Shown piece by piece: positions 32,712 to 42,400 of a DNA stretch of 50,991 nt. The notes under the pieces are model-generated. The model saw nothing but the letters and a program-made list of their open reading frames with translations. It did no database searches and had not been told where the DNA came from. Each line of letters opens with the position of its first letter. Position 1 is the first letter of the stretch. The position numbers and the translations under genes were made by a program. The stretch is from a virus: IMG/VR virus record IMGVR_UViG_3300008224_000001; one strand, given 5' to 3'.

Positions 32712-32782
32712 CTACTTATTAACCGGCACATTTGCCCTGCTATTGGATATTAGCCGGTAAATCGGGAATCAGAAAGTTATCC
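32706..32782 (+). repeat. E10, tentative short terminal element (77 bp)
   Basis: GAATAAC ... ACCGGC [loop] GCCGGT ... GTTATCC. The 3' box overlaps the DnaA box, so it may be coincidental. Confidence 0.3.
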
Positions 32783-32785
32783 ACA
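32777..32785 (+). promoter_or_regulatory. DnaA box TTATCCACA (perfect consensus)
   Basis: Read directly; flanks the AT-rich region and iterons. Confidence 0.6.
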
Positions 32786-32938
32786 AAAAATCTATTAAAA
32801 GATTAAAGAAGATTAGCTAAAAATAACGAATCGCTATAAGTCATTAAAATAAAGACCTCTAGCGGCTTTGTTTTTTTAATCTGCACATCTAATTACGCTA
32901 TTTTTTGTAAAAAAACTTAAAATCCGCTCCTTTTCTTT

Positions 32939-32962
32939 TTAATCTTGTTTTAATCTTGTTTT
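32939..32962 (+). repeat. AT-rich direct repeat (TTAATCTTGTTT x2) within the 32786-33000 AT-rich region; probable DNA-unwinding element
   Basis: Read directly. Confidence 0.45.
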
Positions 32963-33006
32963 AGAGCCTGAAAAACTTAGCTAAATCAGCAACATAAAAG
33001 CCCATA

Positions 33007-33091
33007 AGTGGAGTAAATGAAACTACAAGTGTAGTAAATGAAACTACAAGTGGAGTAAATGAAACGGTTAAGTAGAGTAAATGAAACTGCA
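33007..33091 (+). repeat. Four tandem 21-bp iterons (AGTGGAGTAAATGAAACTACA consensus)
   Basis: 33007-27, 33028-48, 33049-69 and 33071-91. A fifth copy lies inside rep at 33786-33802. Confidence 0.9.
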
Positions 33092-33137
33092 GAACGAAAG
33101 CTGTGGTGCATTATTCCACCTATAAAAAGGAGTGCTT

Positions 33138-33914
33138 GTGAATAGTAAATTAATCATCGCTAAAGACAATACGTTAATACGCGCTAGATATTCGTTATCT
33201 GTAGCAGAACAGCGCGTTATTTTGCTTTGTATTGCTAAAATTGATAGTAGAAAGGCGCATGGCGGGGAATTTGAGCTATCAGCCACAGAATTGCATAAGG
33301 AAACAGGCGTATCGCGTGAGAATGCTTACAGGGACCTTAGAGCCGCCGTTGATAGCTTATATTCAAGAACTATAATTTTAGAGAGTGATAGTGAATTGCG
33401 GTGGCTGTACCAGAAGGCGTTCTTCAAAAATAAAAGTACCGCTGTTATCTGTTTCTCTCCCCCTATTCTTGCGCTTATTACCGAGCTTAAAGAACGATTT
33501 ACAAGTTACAGACTAAAAGATGTGGCGAACTTTAAGTGCGTTTATAGCCTGCGGTTTTATGAGATTTTTGTACAATGGCAAATTAAAAATAGCTTAACGC
33601 TGTCAGTCGATGAATTGAGGCATATTTTACAATTGGACGACAAATACCCGCGTATATCGGATTTTAAAAAGTACGTTATAAATCCATCACTCGCTGAAAT
33701 TAATAAATATAGCAACATTAAGGCCAGTGTAAGCCAAGAAAAAACAGGCAAGGAAATAACGCATTTAACATTTAAATATTCTATAAGTGGAGTAAATGAA
33801 ACAAATAAAACAATTAAAATAAGTAAGTTAGAAATCGAAGAGGCCGCAAGACCTGGCGAAAGCTATGCAGATGTTGAAGCCAGATTAAAGCGAACCGTAA
33901 AAAAAGCAGAATAG
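33138..33914 (+). CDS. repA: Iteron-binding plasmid replication initiator (Rep_3 family). GTG start 5 nt after AGGAG.
   Basis: SKLIIAKDNTLIRARYSLSVAEQRVILLCIAKIDS..., typical of Rep_3 initiators, with adjacent iterons. Confidence 0.8.
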   Translation: MNSKLIIAKDNTLIRARYSLSVAEQRVILLCIAKIDSRKAHGGEFELSATELHKETGVSRENAYRDLRAAVDSLYSRTIILESDSELRWLYQKAFFKNKSTAVICFSPPILALITELKERFTSYRLKDVANFKCVYSLRFYEIFVQWQIKNSLTLSVDELRHILQLDDKYPRISDFKKYVINPSLAEINKYSNIKASVSQEKTGKEITHLTFKYSISGVNETNKTIKISKLEIEEAARPGESYADVEARLKRTVKKAE

Positions 33915-34257
33915 AAAAACATTATTATTTTTAAGGTTCGCATAATCATCAATATGTTAAATTTAACCCTTACTTATACATCAGCGCCTTAGCACTCTAC
34001 CTGCTTGCTTGCTTTTTAAATCGCTTTATGTACCTCAGTTTTAAGCGCTTGCAGGGAAAATAATCGGCACAGAGTGCAAGGCGAAAGCGGTTATTTACAA
34101 TCGATAAACCAGCAGTCACCTTAACGACTTATTGCAATCAATCTAAAAGTGGTATCTAATAGATACCAGATCGATATTTAAAAGATACCATAAAGCCACT
34201 AAATAATATCTTTATGGTACTTGTAAATAAGTTATATGAATCAAGCGAGATAAAGCT

Positions 34258-34617
34258 ATGCAGATAAAAAGAATGGGTGAAATAGAAGAAATATTAGCAG
34301 AACAGCTAAAACAGGGAATTGAAAGCGCGCTTCGTGATGAAGACAAAGTTTTTGAGGCGGCAGAAAAACTAATTGACGAACAATTAAAACACGCGTCAAT
34401 ACGTATGGCTCCCTCAGCAAATGGATTTACGCTGATGCTTTGCGGAACAGATCTCGAATGCAAATACGATGAACAAATTGAAGCATTCGCAAATGACGGG
34501 TTCGATCTGGGAACATTATTGAAAGTGAAAGACGCTTTAAAAAAGTGGCAAGATAAAATTGATGAAGAAATAGATAAAGCCAGAGACGAAAAAAGAGAAT
34601 ATAACCGCAAGATGTAA
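34258..34617 (+). CDS. Hypothetical acidic coiled-coil protein (119 aa)
   Basis: ORF track. Confidence 0.5.
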   Translation: MQIKRMGEIEEILAEQLKQGIESALRDEDKVFEAAEKLIDEQLKHASIRMAPSANGFTLMLCGTDLECKYDEQIEAFANDGFDLGTLLKVKDALKKWQDKIDEEIDKARDEKREYNRKM

Positions 34618-34639
34618 GATCACTTCATCAGTGCAATAT

Positions 34640-34705
34640 ACCATCAAATAGACCTCTAAAAGATACTTAATAGATACCAAATAGAATCTAACAAATACCA
34701 AAAGG
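34640..34705 (+). promoter_or_regulatory. Centromere-like repeat cluster upstream of parA (AGATAC(C/T) / ATACCA repeats)
   Basis: aaAGATACttaatAGATACCaaatagaatctaacaaATACCAaaagg. A related palindrome GGTATCTAATAGATACC lies at 34151-34167. Confidence 0.45.
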
Positions 34706-34711
34706 AAACAC

Positions 34712-35365
34712 ATGATTATTTTAATCGGCGGACGAAAAGGCGGGAGCGGTAAATCAACCATTACGGTTAATTTAGCGGCTTTGTTAGCCAAAAAAGGCAA
34801 AGACGTGATGATTGTTGATGCAGACGTACAGGTGACATCGAGCGAATGGGAGGCTGAGCGCAGAGAACTACAAGACAAGCCCGAGATTAACTGTGTGCAA
34901 AAGCGCGGAAAAATACACCAGGCATTAAAAGATTTGGCTAAGCGTTATGATTACGTGCTGGTTGATCCTGCGGGGAAAGATTCAGATGAATTACGCTCTG
35001 CAATGGCTGTGGCTGATATTTTAGTAATCCCCGTTCGACCTTCTCAATTTGACCTAAACACATTGCCTGCAATGCAGGACATTATTGGGCAATCTAAAAT
35101 CATCAATCCTGAGCTAACGGTTTATTGCGTTTTATCAATGGCCCCGACTAATCCAGTGATTAACGAAACCGCCTTAGCAAAGGAATACATCGCAGAACTA
35201 CCCGACATTCAGCTATTAAACACGGTCATTAGAGACCGTAAGATTTTTCGCGATTGCGGCGCAGATGGAATCGGCGTGGTTGAGTCTGCTATCAACAGCG
35301 ATTCAGTCAGAAAAGCGAAACAAGAAATAACCGATTTATTAAACGAGGTGCTAGATGCCCATTAA
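34712..35365 (+). CDS. parA: Partition ATPase ParA (type Ib, deviant Walker A)
   Basis: GGRKGGSGKST; 217 aa. Confidence 0.85.
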   Translation: MIILIGGRKGGSGKSTITVNLAALLAKKGKDVMIVDADVQVTSSEWEAERRELQDKPEINCVQKRGKIHQALKDLAKRYDYVLVDPAGKDSDELRSAMAVADILVIPVRPSQFDLNTLPAMQDIIGQSKIINPELTVYCVLSMAPTNPVINETALAKEYIAELPDIQLLNTVIRDRKIFRDCGADGIGVVESAINSDSVRKAKQEITDLLNEVLDAH

Positions 35366-35612
35366 AAAACCCAGCCAAAAAGCAAAAGCACCCGAGAAAA
35401 TTTTGGATGAAAAAGCGCTAGATAAATTTGTCAGCGGCGTTGACGGAAAAGATAGCACTCCGATTAAAAAGAAATTAAAGCCGATGACATTCAGAGCGTC
35501 TGAAGATGAGTACACCGCTCTCCTTGATTTAAAAAACAAAAAAGGGGTAGGCATACAAAGCATTTTACACCTTGCCTTAGCTGAATTTATCGTAAGAAAC
35601 AAAGAGTCTTGA
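35355..35612 (+). CDS. Small partition / centromere-binding protein (ParG/RHH-like)
   Basis: 85 aa, overlaps the parA stop. The C-terminus MTFRASEDEYTALLDL...IQSILHLALAEFI looks like a ribbon-helix-helix. Confidence 0.55.
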   Translation: MPIKKPSQKAKAPEKILDEKALDKFVSGVDGKDSTPIKKKLKPMTFRASEDEYTALLDLKNKKGVGIQSILHLALAEFIVRNKES

Positions 35613-35638
35613 TAGGTATCACATAGACACCACATAGG

Positions 35639-35672
35639 CACTATAAAGAATCTATTTAATATCTTTATAGTG
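35639..35672. terminator. Hairpin CACTATAAAGA-N12-TCTTTATAGTG between the convergent par and tail operons
   Basis: Read directly. Related hairpin ACCATAAAG-N14-CTTTATGGT at 34187-34218. Confidence 0.45.
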
Positions 35673-35701
35673 TCTTAAGGATATTTATTTATTCACCCCA
35701 A

Positions 35702-36049
35702 TCAAGCAGGCAACGGAATCGATTCATATAGAAAACTATCGTATGCCAACATCACCCCCGGCTGGTCCGATGCGGCAGATATTTCAAACCTAACCCTGTC
35801 ACGCTCGGCAATCAATCTGCCCTTCCAAGCTCTTACAGCCTCTATATGTAGTTTCTGAGCAGCATCTTCAGAAGTAAGTGGGGTTGTAAGCGCCTTTAAG
35901 ATCAGCATGGAATAACTATCTGAATAGTTTACTTGCTTCCACTCCGGAAAATCCGCCGTCTGTGTTATGAAAATATACAATTCCCCTTTCAGCTTGTCGT
36001 ACTGGTCTACGCGACGCTCTTCTAGGGGCTTGGTGATTCTAAGTTGCAT
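35702..36049 (-). CDS. Hypothetical protein (115 aa) downstream of J
   Basis: ORF track. Confidence 0.5.
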   Translation of the reverse strand: MQLRITKPLEERRVDQYDKLKGELYIFITQTADFPEWKQVNYSDSYSMLILKALTTPLTSEDAAQKLHIEAVRAWKGRLIAERDRVRFEISAASDQPGVMLAYDSFLYESIPLPA

Positions 36050-36440
36050 TGATTTCAGCCTCGTAAGGTAGGTAAGGGAACAGAGTTGCTGTTAGTTTAT
36101 AAGTCCCTACTATGTCGAAAAGGAGTTCTAGGTCGCTAGCGTCTGTTGTTACCGCAGATAGCTCACCTAGTGTTATTGTAGCTCCGATAGGGATTCCCGA
36201 AACTACAACGGGAATAATGCCAGAGGCCGAAGCCTCCGTTACGTGGGTTATAGGTAGAGAGGGTTTATCAATAATAGCTAGATTAGTTACATCAACATAC
36301 TGAAGTATGTCATCGCACTCACCCTCAAGCAGATGCTCGCCATCAGTTATCTGAAGGAGAGCCAATGCTTCGGGGCAAGTAACTGCCCGAAGTATCTGAC
36401 CTGCACTTGTGTAGATTACCCATGTGCTTGTATCTGTCAT
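36039..36440 (-). CDS. Hypothetical protein (133 aa) downstream of J (fibre accessory?)
   Basis: ORF track; ATGA-type coupling to J. Confidence 0.5.
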   Translation of the reverse strand: MTDTSTWVIYTSAGQILRAVTCPEALALLQITDGEHLLEGECDDILQYVDVTNLAIIDKPSLPITHVTEASASGIIPVVVSGIPIGATITLGELSAVTTDASDLELLFDIVGTYKLTATLFPYLPYEAEINAT

Positions 36441-39400
36441 TTTTTCAGTCCTATTGCGATGATAGATCTATTAGTTATGGAGGTAGCGTTGAAGTTTGTA
36501 CGCATCTTCCCTTGTAAACTGTACGTATGCGTTCCTATTGTTGGCGTATCTATTATGTTCAACATACTACCGTAAGAGCCGCTTGCTATTACTGCACCTC
36601 CTCTAAGCATCCTACAATCTATAGCCAGATCAGAAGCACCGCCAAAGGCACAAAATACACTAACCGGAATACTCCCGATGGAGTAAATAGCGACGCTTTG
36701 CACAGTAACCCAAGCCGCGTCACTTACATTAATACCCGCAGCAGTATAAGCCCCTACAGGAACGGTCACAGCATTCCCAGCTATTTGCAATGTATCTACA
36801 GCCAAATCACCTATCTTAGCGTTAGTCACAGCAGCAGTGCCTATTTGTGCAGTTCCTATAGCGGCAGTACCTATTTGTGCGCTCCCTATAGCCGCACTAG
36901 CTATATAAGTACTAATATTGCCAGAAGTAATTTGCCCGTTAATATCAGTACCGAAAGTAGCACCAACAGTTGCGCCGGTTGCTATGCTAACTAGCTTGGC
37001 ATTGGCGGTACTATCAAGCCCCAGTAAGTTAGTTGGTCTTGAAGTAACACTGGCCCAGTTTGCCGTTAGCGCAGCCGCATTTGCTTTGCTAGTGGCATCC
37101 GAAGCGGCAGAAGATAGCACGGTGGCGTCAGAGGTGTTATTGACGTTACCAAGCCCTACATCATTAGCAGTTGTATTTTCATTTAAAAGCTGCGTGTCCG
37201 TGGGCTTGCCTACTAAGTTCAAGTTCCAAGCTGCCCCCGCTGTCGCATTTGAGTCGCCACTAAACCCAATTCCGCTAAGCGTCACGCCACCCGCACCCGC
37301 ACCACTAAGCGTGCCATCTGAATTGACGGTGATTGCTGTGTTATCCGTACTGCTATCAAAAAGTGAAAAGCGCAGATTATCAAATAAAACAGTGCCCGTG
37401 AATACACCCGAAGAGAACCCAGACCAACTAGCCATCAGATAAATTCTAATGCCATAGATAGGCGTTCCAGCTAACCCTCTCGCAGTCCATGGAAGTCTCT
37501 GCCAAACACCAGCCATCGTGCTGGGTTGAACTCTTGTGTCCTTATAAGTCGTAAGTGCTGCATTTGTATATACACGAACTAGCAAGCCCGGCAATCCAGA
37601 CGTTCTTGCTGATAGATACATATCCACAGTTCCAGCGAAAAACGTACCAGGGCCCAATGGAGATGAGGCAAATGACGCGATCCTAGTCATACCAGGACCA
37701 CTTGCTAGCCCAGCGCCAATTCCCTTAGCCGCGAACTTGCCCACCCTAACATTTGAGGTCTCTTTGGTTAAGTTGCTTCCCCATGTAGACCAGCCTTCAG
37801 GCAGTGTTCCTGTCCAATCGCTAAAGGTAGGGTTGAACCCAAGAGCCGCCGCATCATCATTATTATAGATAGTTGCATAGGGGATATTTGTTACATCTGC
37901 ATCAAAGTCTGCACCAGCGGTAGCAGCTAAATCACCCGTGTACCCTATATCTGCTGGAGTAGTGTTAGTGTTTAATAATTGCTGATCCGAAGGTCGATTG
38001 GCAATGCCAGCCCAAGCAGATGTAGTTGCCGCCGCATTAGACTTGGTAGTTGCATCTACGGCTGCCGCAGTGATTGCCGCAAGTTCCGCAGCGGTTGCTT
38101 TGCTTGTTGCATCGGCAATAGCCCTTGCTTCTTCAGTGGAAACAACCCCATCAGAATAAGCATTTGCTACAATAGCAGCTAGAGCATCCTGAGCTTCCGC
38201 ATGTGCTTTAGCTGCATTTTCAGCAACTAATGTATCGGCGGATATTTGTATAAAGTCTGTACCTGAAGGTATGCTGTAAGCAGATGGGGTTGTTAAGCTA
38301 CCTACCTGCTGCTCTATCATGATGCCGTCAAACTGCATGATAGAGCCATTGCCCCCCTCATTATCAAGCCTTAGTAGGCAGGTTGTTGATGGGTTAGCTG
38401 AAAGGTCGATTGCCCAAGAAACCCTAGACCAAGTGTTCACAGTCCCGCTGGTCGTTGCTGACTTAGATGTATGGTTGGTATCAGATGTTTTTATAAATAA
38501 ATGTGTGCCTTTTGAGACAAGATTGCATCTAACATAGGCGCTAACTATCCACTTCTTATTGGGCGTTATGCTTATATTGTAATCACCAGAGGAAGCGCCT
38601 AGATAGACATAATTATCTATACCTGTTGCGGCTAATTGTAGAGAATGCTGTCCAAAAAACGCCGTAGTGCTGGGAGCTATAGTGCCATTACCAAAATGCA
38701 CCATTGTAGGCAAGACAGAACCAAAACCCGAGTAGCGGGTGCTTGCTATATTAACACCTGATCCGGCCAGCTTAGTTAGAGTGACATCAGCCCCATCTGT
38801 TACATTACCCAGTCCGACATCTATTGCTGTAGTGTTCGCGTTTAAAAGCTGTGTATCAGTCGGTCTACTTACTAGGCCGCTCCAAGCGGCAGTACCACCC
38901 AGATTACTGTCGTCACTTAACTGACTAGTTAGCGTGGTGTTATTAGCATCAGAATCACCAGTAAAGCCTACATCTAACAAGTCAAGAGAGTCTTTCTCAC
39001 TTAGATAACCACCAGCAGCTCCAGTTGTCCAAGGAGATAGCTCAGTTTGTCCGGCACCCGCAATACCCAAGTAAGGTTGTGTAACAAATAGGTAGGAGGT
39101 ATTGTTGATTGGGTCAGCATTTGTACCTATCTTTCTTATAGCTAACTTGGCAGAGAATGCCCCAGCCGGAGCAGTATCAAAAGCCCCTACCAAATCAAAA
39201 TCATTCAGAGACTTGCCCCCATTACTGCCAGAGTTAGCTATTGCAAAAGCTGAGTTATCTATAGCAGCCCCCGCCTCATTTAGCCAATAGATAAATATTT
39301 TAACCTCGCACCTGTGCCCTGCTAACCTTGCTTGGTATTCGTACCTAGTCCCTTCTATTACCGGTATATCGGTTGAGAAAATATCATGATACCCAGTACT

Positions 39401-42400
39401 TACAGCAGCAGCGACAACCTCTTGCTTGACATATAGAGCGTTGCCGTTTTCAGGAAACCAATTAGCTAGATTGACCCCTAGAGGCTCTACTACAATTGTT
39501 CCCGCACTAGCCGTCCATCTAGTCGTAGACCCTTGGCTAAATCCAGCATTCAATAGTAAGTTAGCACTTACCCCTGACTGAAGATTGCTGGAGTCAGCCC
39601 CCAGTGTCGCATTTAAGTCACCAGTAAAGCCGATGTCACTAGGCGTGGTATTAGCGTTAAGTAGTTGTGTATCAGTCGGTTTATCCGCTACACCTACCCA
39701 GTCAGAGGTAGTAGCGGCTACGTTAGCCTTATTAGTTGCATCAGTTGCCGCAGTCGCTATGGCCGCATCTCTAGCTATATCTGCCTGATCAACTGCATCA
39801 GCAATAGCCCTTGCTTCTTCTGCATCGACTATCCCATCAGCATAAGCACTACTTGTAACAGCAGCTACTATGTCTTGAGCATCGGCATAAGCCTTAGCTG
39901 CATCCTGCGCTGCCAGAGTATCTATAGCTATCTGCCCATAGTCTGTAGCATCAGCATACTCAGCTATAAAGAAACTATCAATTAGTATAGTTCCATCAAC
40001 ATCACCCTGAAAACCAAAGTAGTCACCACCATTAGTTAGTGGGAGGGCAACAGAGAATGTAAACCGATACTCTTGCCAAGTCGCAGTAGGGGTAAACTCT
40101 TGCCATCCTGAGTTACCCGCCTCGTTAGTAGAGTAACCTACTGAGAAGGAGCTACAAGCATTTAGGGTCTTCGCCATCACACTGACGACGATAGTTTTCC
40201 CAGCGAAATAAAGAGCTGTTCTTGCATCTATGAAGCCATAAATACCTCCCACAGTCCCACTAGCGACCGTATCTTTAGCTGTTGTGGTTATTTCTATCGA
40301 CTGACTACCGGAGAACTTCTCAAGTGTGTTTTCTATAAAAGTACTACCAGCGCCCTCGACTAAAGAAGAAACTTCCAACACCTCAAAGCCTGTAAAGAAA
40401 GAGGTATTTGAAGATGACTGTACTTGCGCCGCTGTAAGTTCACCTACATTAGTTGTATTTAACGCTGCATTCAATGCTGTTATATCTGCCCCCGCGGCAG
40501 CAGTTGATGTTTCTAACCTAACAACCGTTATTTCATCTTTATACACCCCATTAACAGTACACTGTACCTTAGCCGACCCAGCAGTACCGAACTGTGCTGC
40601 TGTAATGGTGTACGTATTTGATGTTGACGAGGTAGGTGCTGTCTGACAACCTACTTGGGACCATACGTAAGTAGGTGAACTTACGCCACTAGGGGTGGCG
40701 ATAAAGATAATGTCAGCTTGTCCGGCATCAAGTGTTGTATCGGTAGACTTAAAGCTAGTTTGTATATTAGAGGTAACAACAACAGATGGCCCTTGTGCTC
40801 CTGTTGCTCCATCACTACCGTCACTGCCATTGCTACCTGCATCACCTTTAATCAGGCTCCAGCTATAGTCAGCAGCAGTAGTAGACTCAGTTGCCGTTGT
40901 TTTGTTAGACGCTATACCTATATACGTTTGATTAGTCCAAGCCCCCGTAGTAAACCCAGTAGTCCCTGTTGCATTTGTCGCATAAGCAAACCAAGTATAA
41001 GTTGTTACCCCATCATCACCCGGATCACCCTTGACACCTTGACTCCCTGTAATAAGCCCCCAAGAGTAATCAGTAGGGTCTGTTGACTCAGTGGTAGATG
41101 TTTTATTATTTGCTATACCCATATATGTCTGGGTAGTAGGTGCCCCTGTAGTGAAGTTAGTTGTCCCAGTGACGTTATCTGCATAGGCAACCCAAGTGTA
41201 TAAAGTCGCTCCGTCTGCACCAGTTTCCCCAATGGCCCCTTGTGGCCCTGCACTACCTGCTGCACCTGCTGCACCTGCTGCGCCTGTATCCCCAGCCTTG
41301 CTTTTAGAGAAAGACTGTTGTGCAGTTGCGTTTAGGTCAGAACCATCAAAACGCTTACCTGTAATACTATAGAGGATACTTGATGCATCTGTACCTGAAG
41401 CAACACCACTATGCTGTCCAACGGTTAGAAAGTCACCAGAGTCAGTAAGGGAGCCCGTAGTGATATTAGTAGGTATCACGGAAACTTTCCACGTACCGTC
41501 GGTAGTCCCTACAGCATCATAGATAACTTCTCTAGACCCCTCAAAGACGCGGATAGTTGTACCTGAATCGGTGTAGGCTATTATATTACCCGATGCAGTT
41601 GCCGAGAAAGTGTGCGCTTCATTGCTAACTATTGCGGTTATAGCATCAACACCTTTCACAGCATACAATGACCAGTTTGTGTTAGATGCTGTGGGGTAAG
41701 CAGGAACAATATTGCCTGTTGTAGTATTGGCGCTAGAGGTATGTGTTGTTAAACTGCTCCATCCGTAACCCAGAGTATCGATGACAACATCACCAATAGC
41801 ATAGGCCGTACTAGTAGACCAATCACCCTTAAATACGTTTCTAGTTGCGTCCAAGTCACCTGTGTAACCTATGTCAGCAGCGGTTGTATGTTCATTCAAA
41901 AGCACTGTATCAGCAGGCTGCCCCCCTACATCATAACCCCATGTAGCACCCATAGTCGCTAACGAAGAGAGGCTACCTACAGCAATCCAGTCAATTTCAA
42001 AAGCATCACCTATGCCCCCAGCAGCTAGATCGAATCGAATCTCTATTATGGTATTATCAACCCAGTCTGCGTCCCCTGTGGTTAAGTCTGACATATCCCA
42101 TTCTAGTACAACAAACTCGTTTGTAACTGTTATATTTGTTATAGTCTTCTTATAAGAGGCAGAGTACCTATGCCCGCTAGTTCCGTAGTAGCATGTACCT
42201 TGCCAACTAGTACCTACAATACGCTTTACTCTCATCCTTACTAGTGTATTCTCGGCCCCAATCACACTAAGACCGGTCATTCTAATCTGAGGATCTGTTC
42301 CTGTAGAGGTTACAGTGACAGTAGACGGGTTTAAGACTACCGATGCCTGATTTACTGCCCAACCATCTAGTGTGCCATTTAAGTTCCAACCCTGTACGGG

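Larger units (their letters stand above)
29141..32782 (+). mobile_element. Integron-like gene-cassette array: 10 small ORFs separated by attC-like bulged palindromes, with no integrase in the genome (CALIN-like)
   Basis: See elements E1-E10 below. Boxes are RYYYAAC-like ... GTT. Spacing is regular and the stop codons lie inside the 5' box. Confidence 0.6.

Noticed and set aside
29141-32782. Regularly spaced repeats that could be mistaken for a CRISPR array
   Set aside because: The repeats are 63-132 bp, imperfect and internally palindromic with variable loops. The intervening segments are 130-350 bp ORFs with RBS and start codons. No cas genes are present.
37921-39945. Duplicated segments in J considered as a DGR template/variable-repeat pair
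   Set aside because: No reverse transcriptase ORF exists anywhere in the genome. Both copies are in frame inside the same gene, and differences are spread over all base types as far as can be seen by eye.
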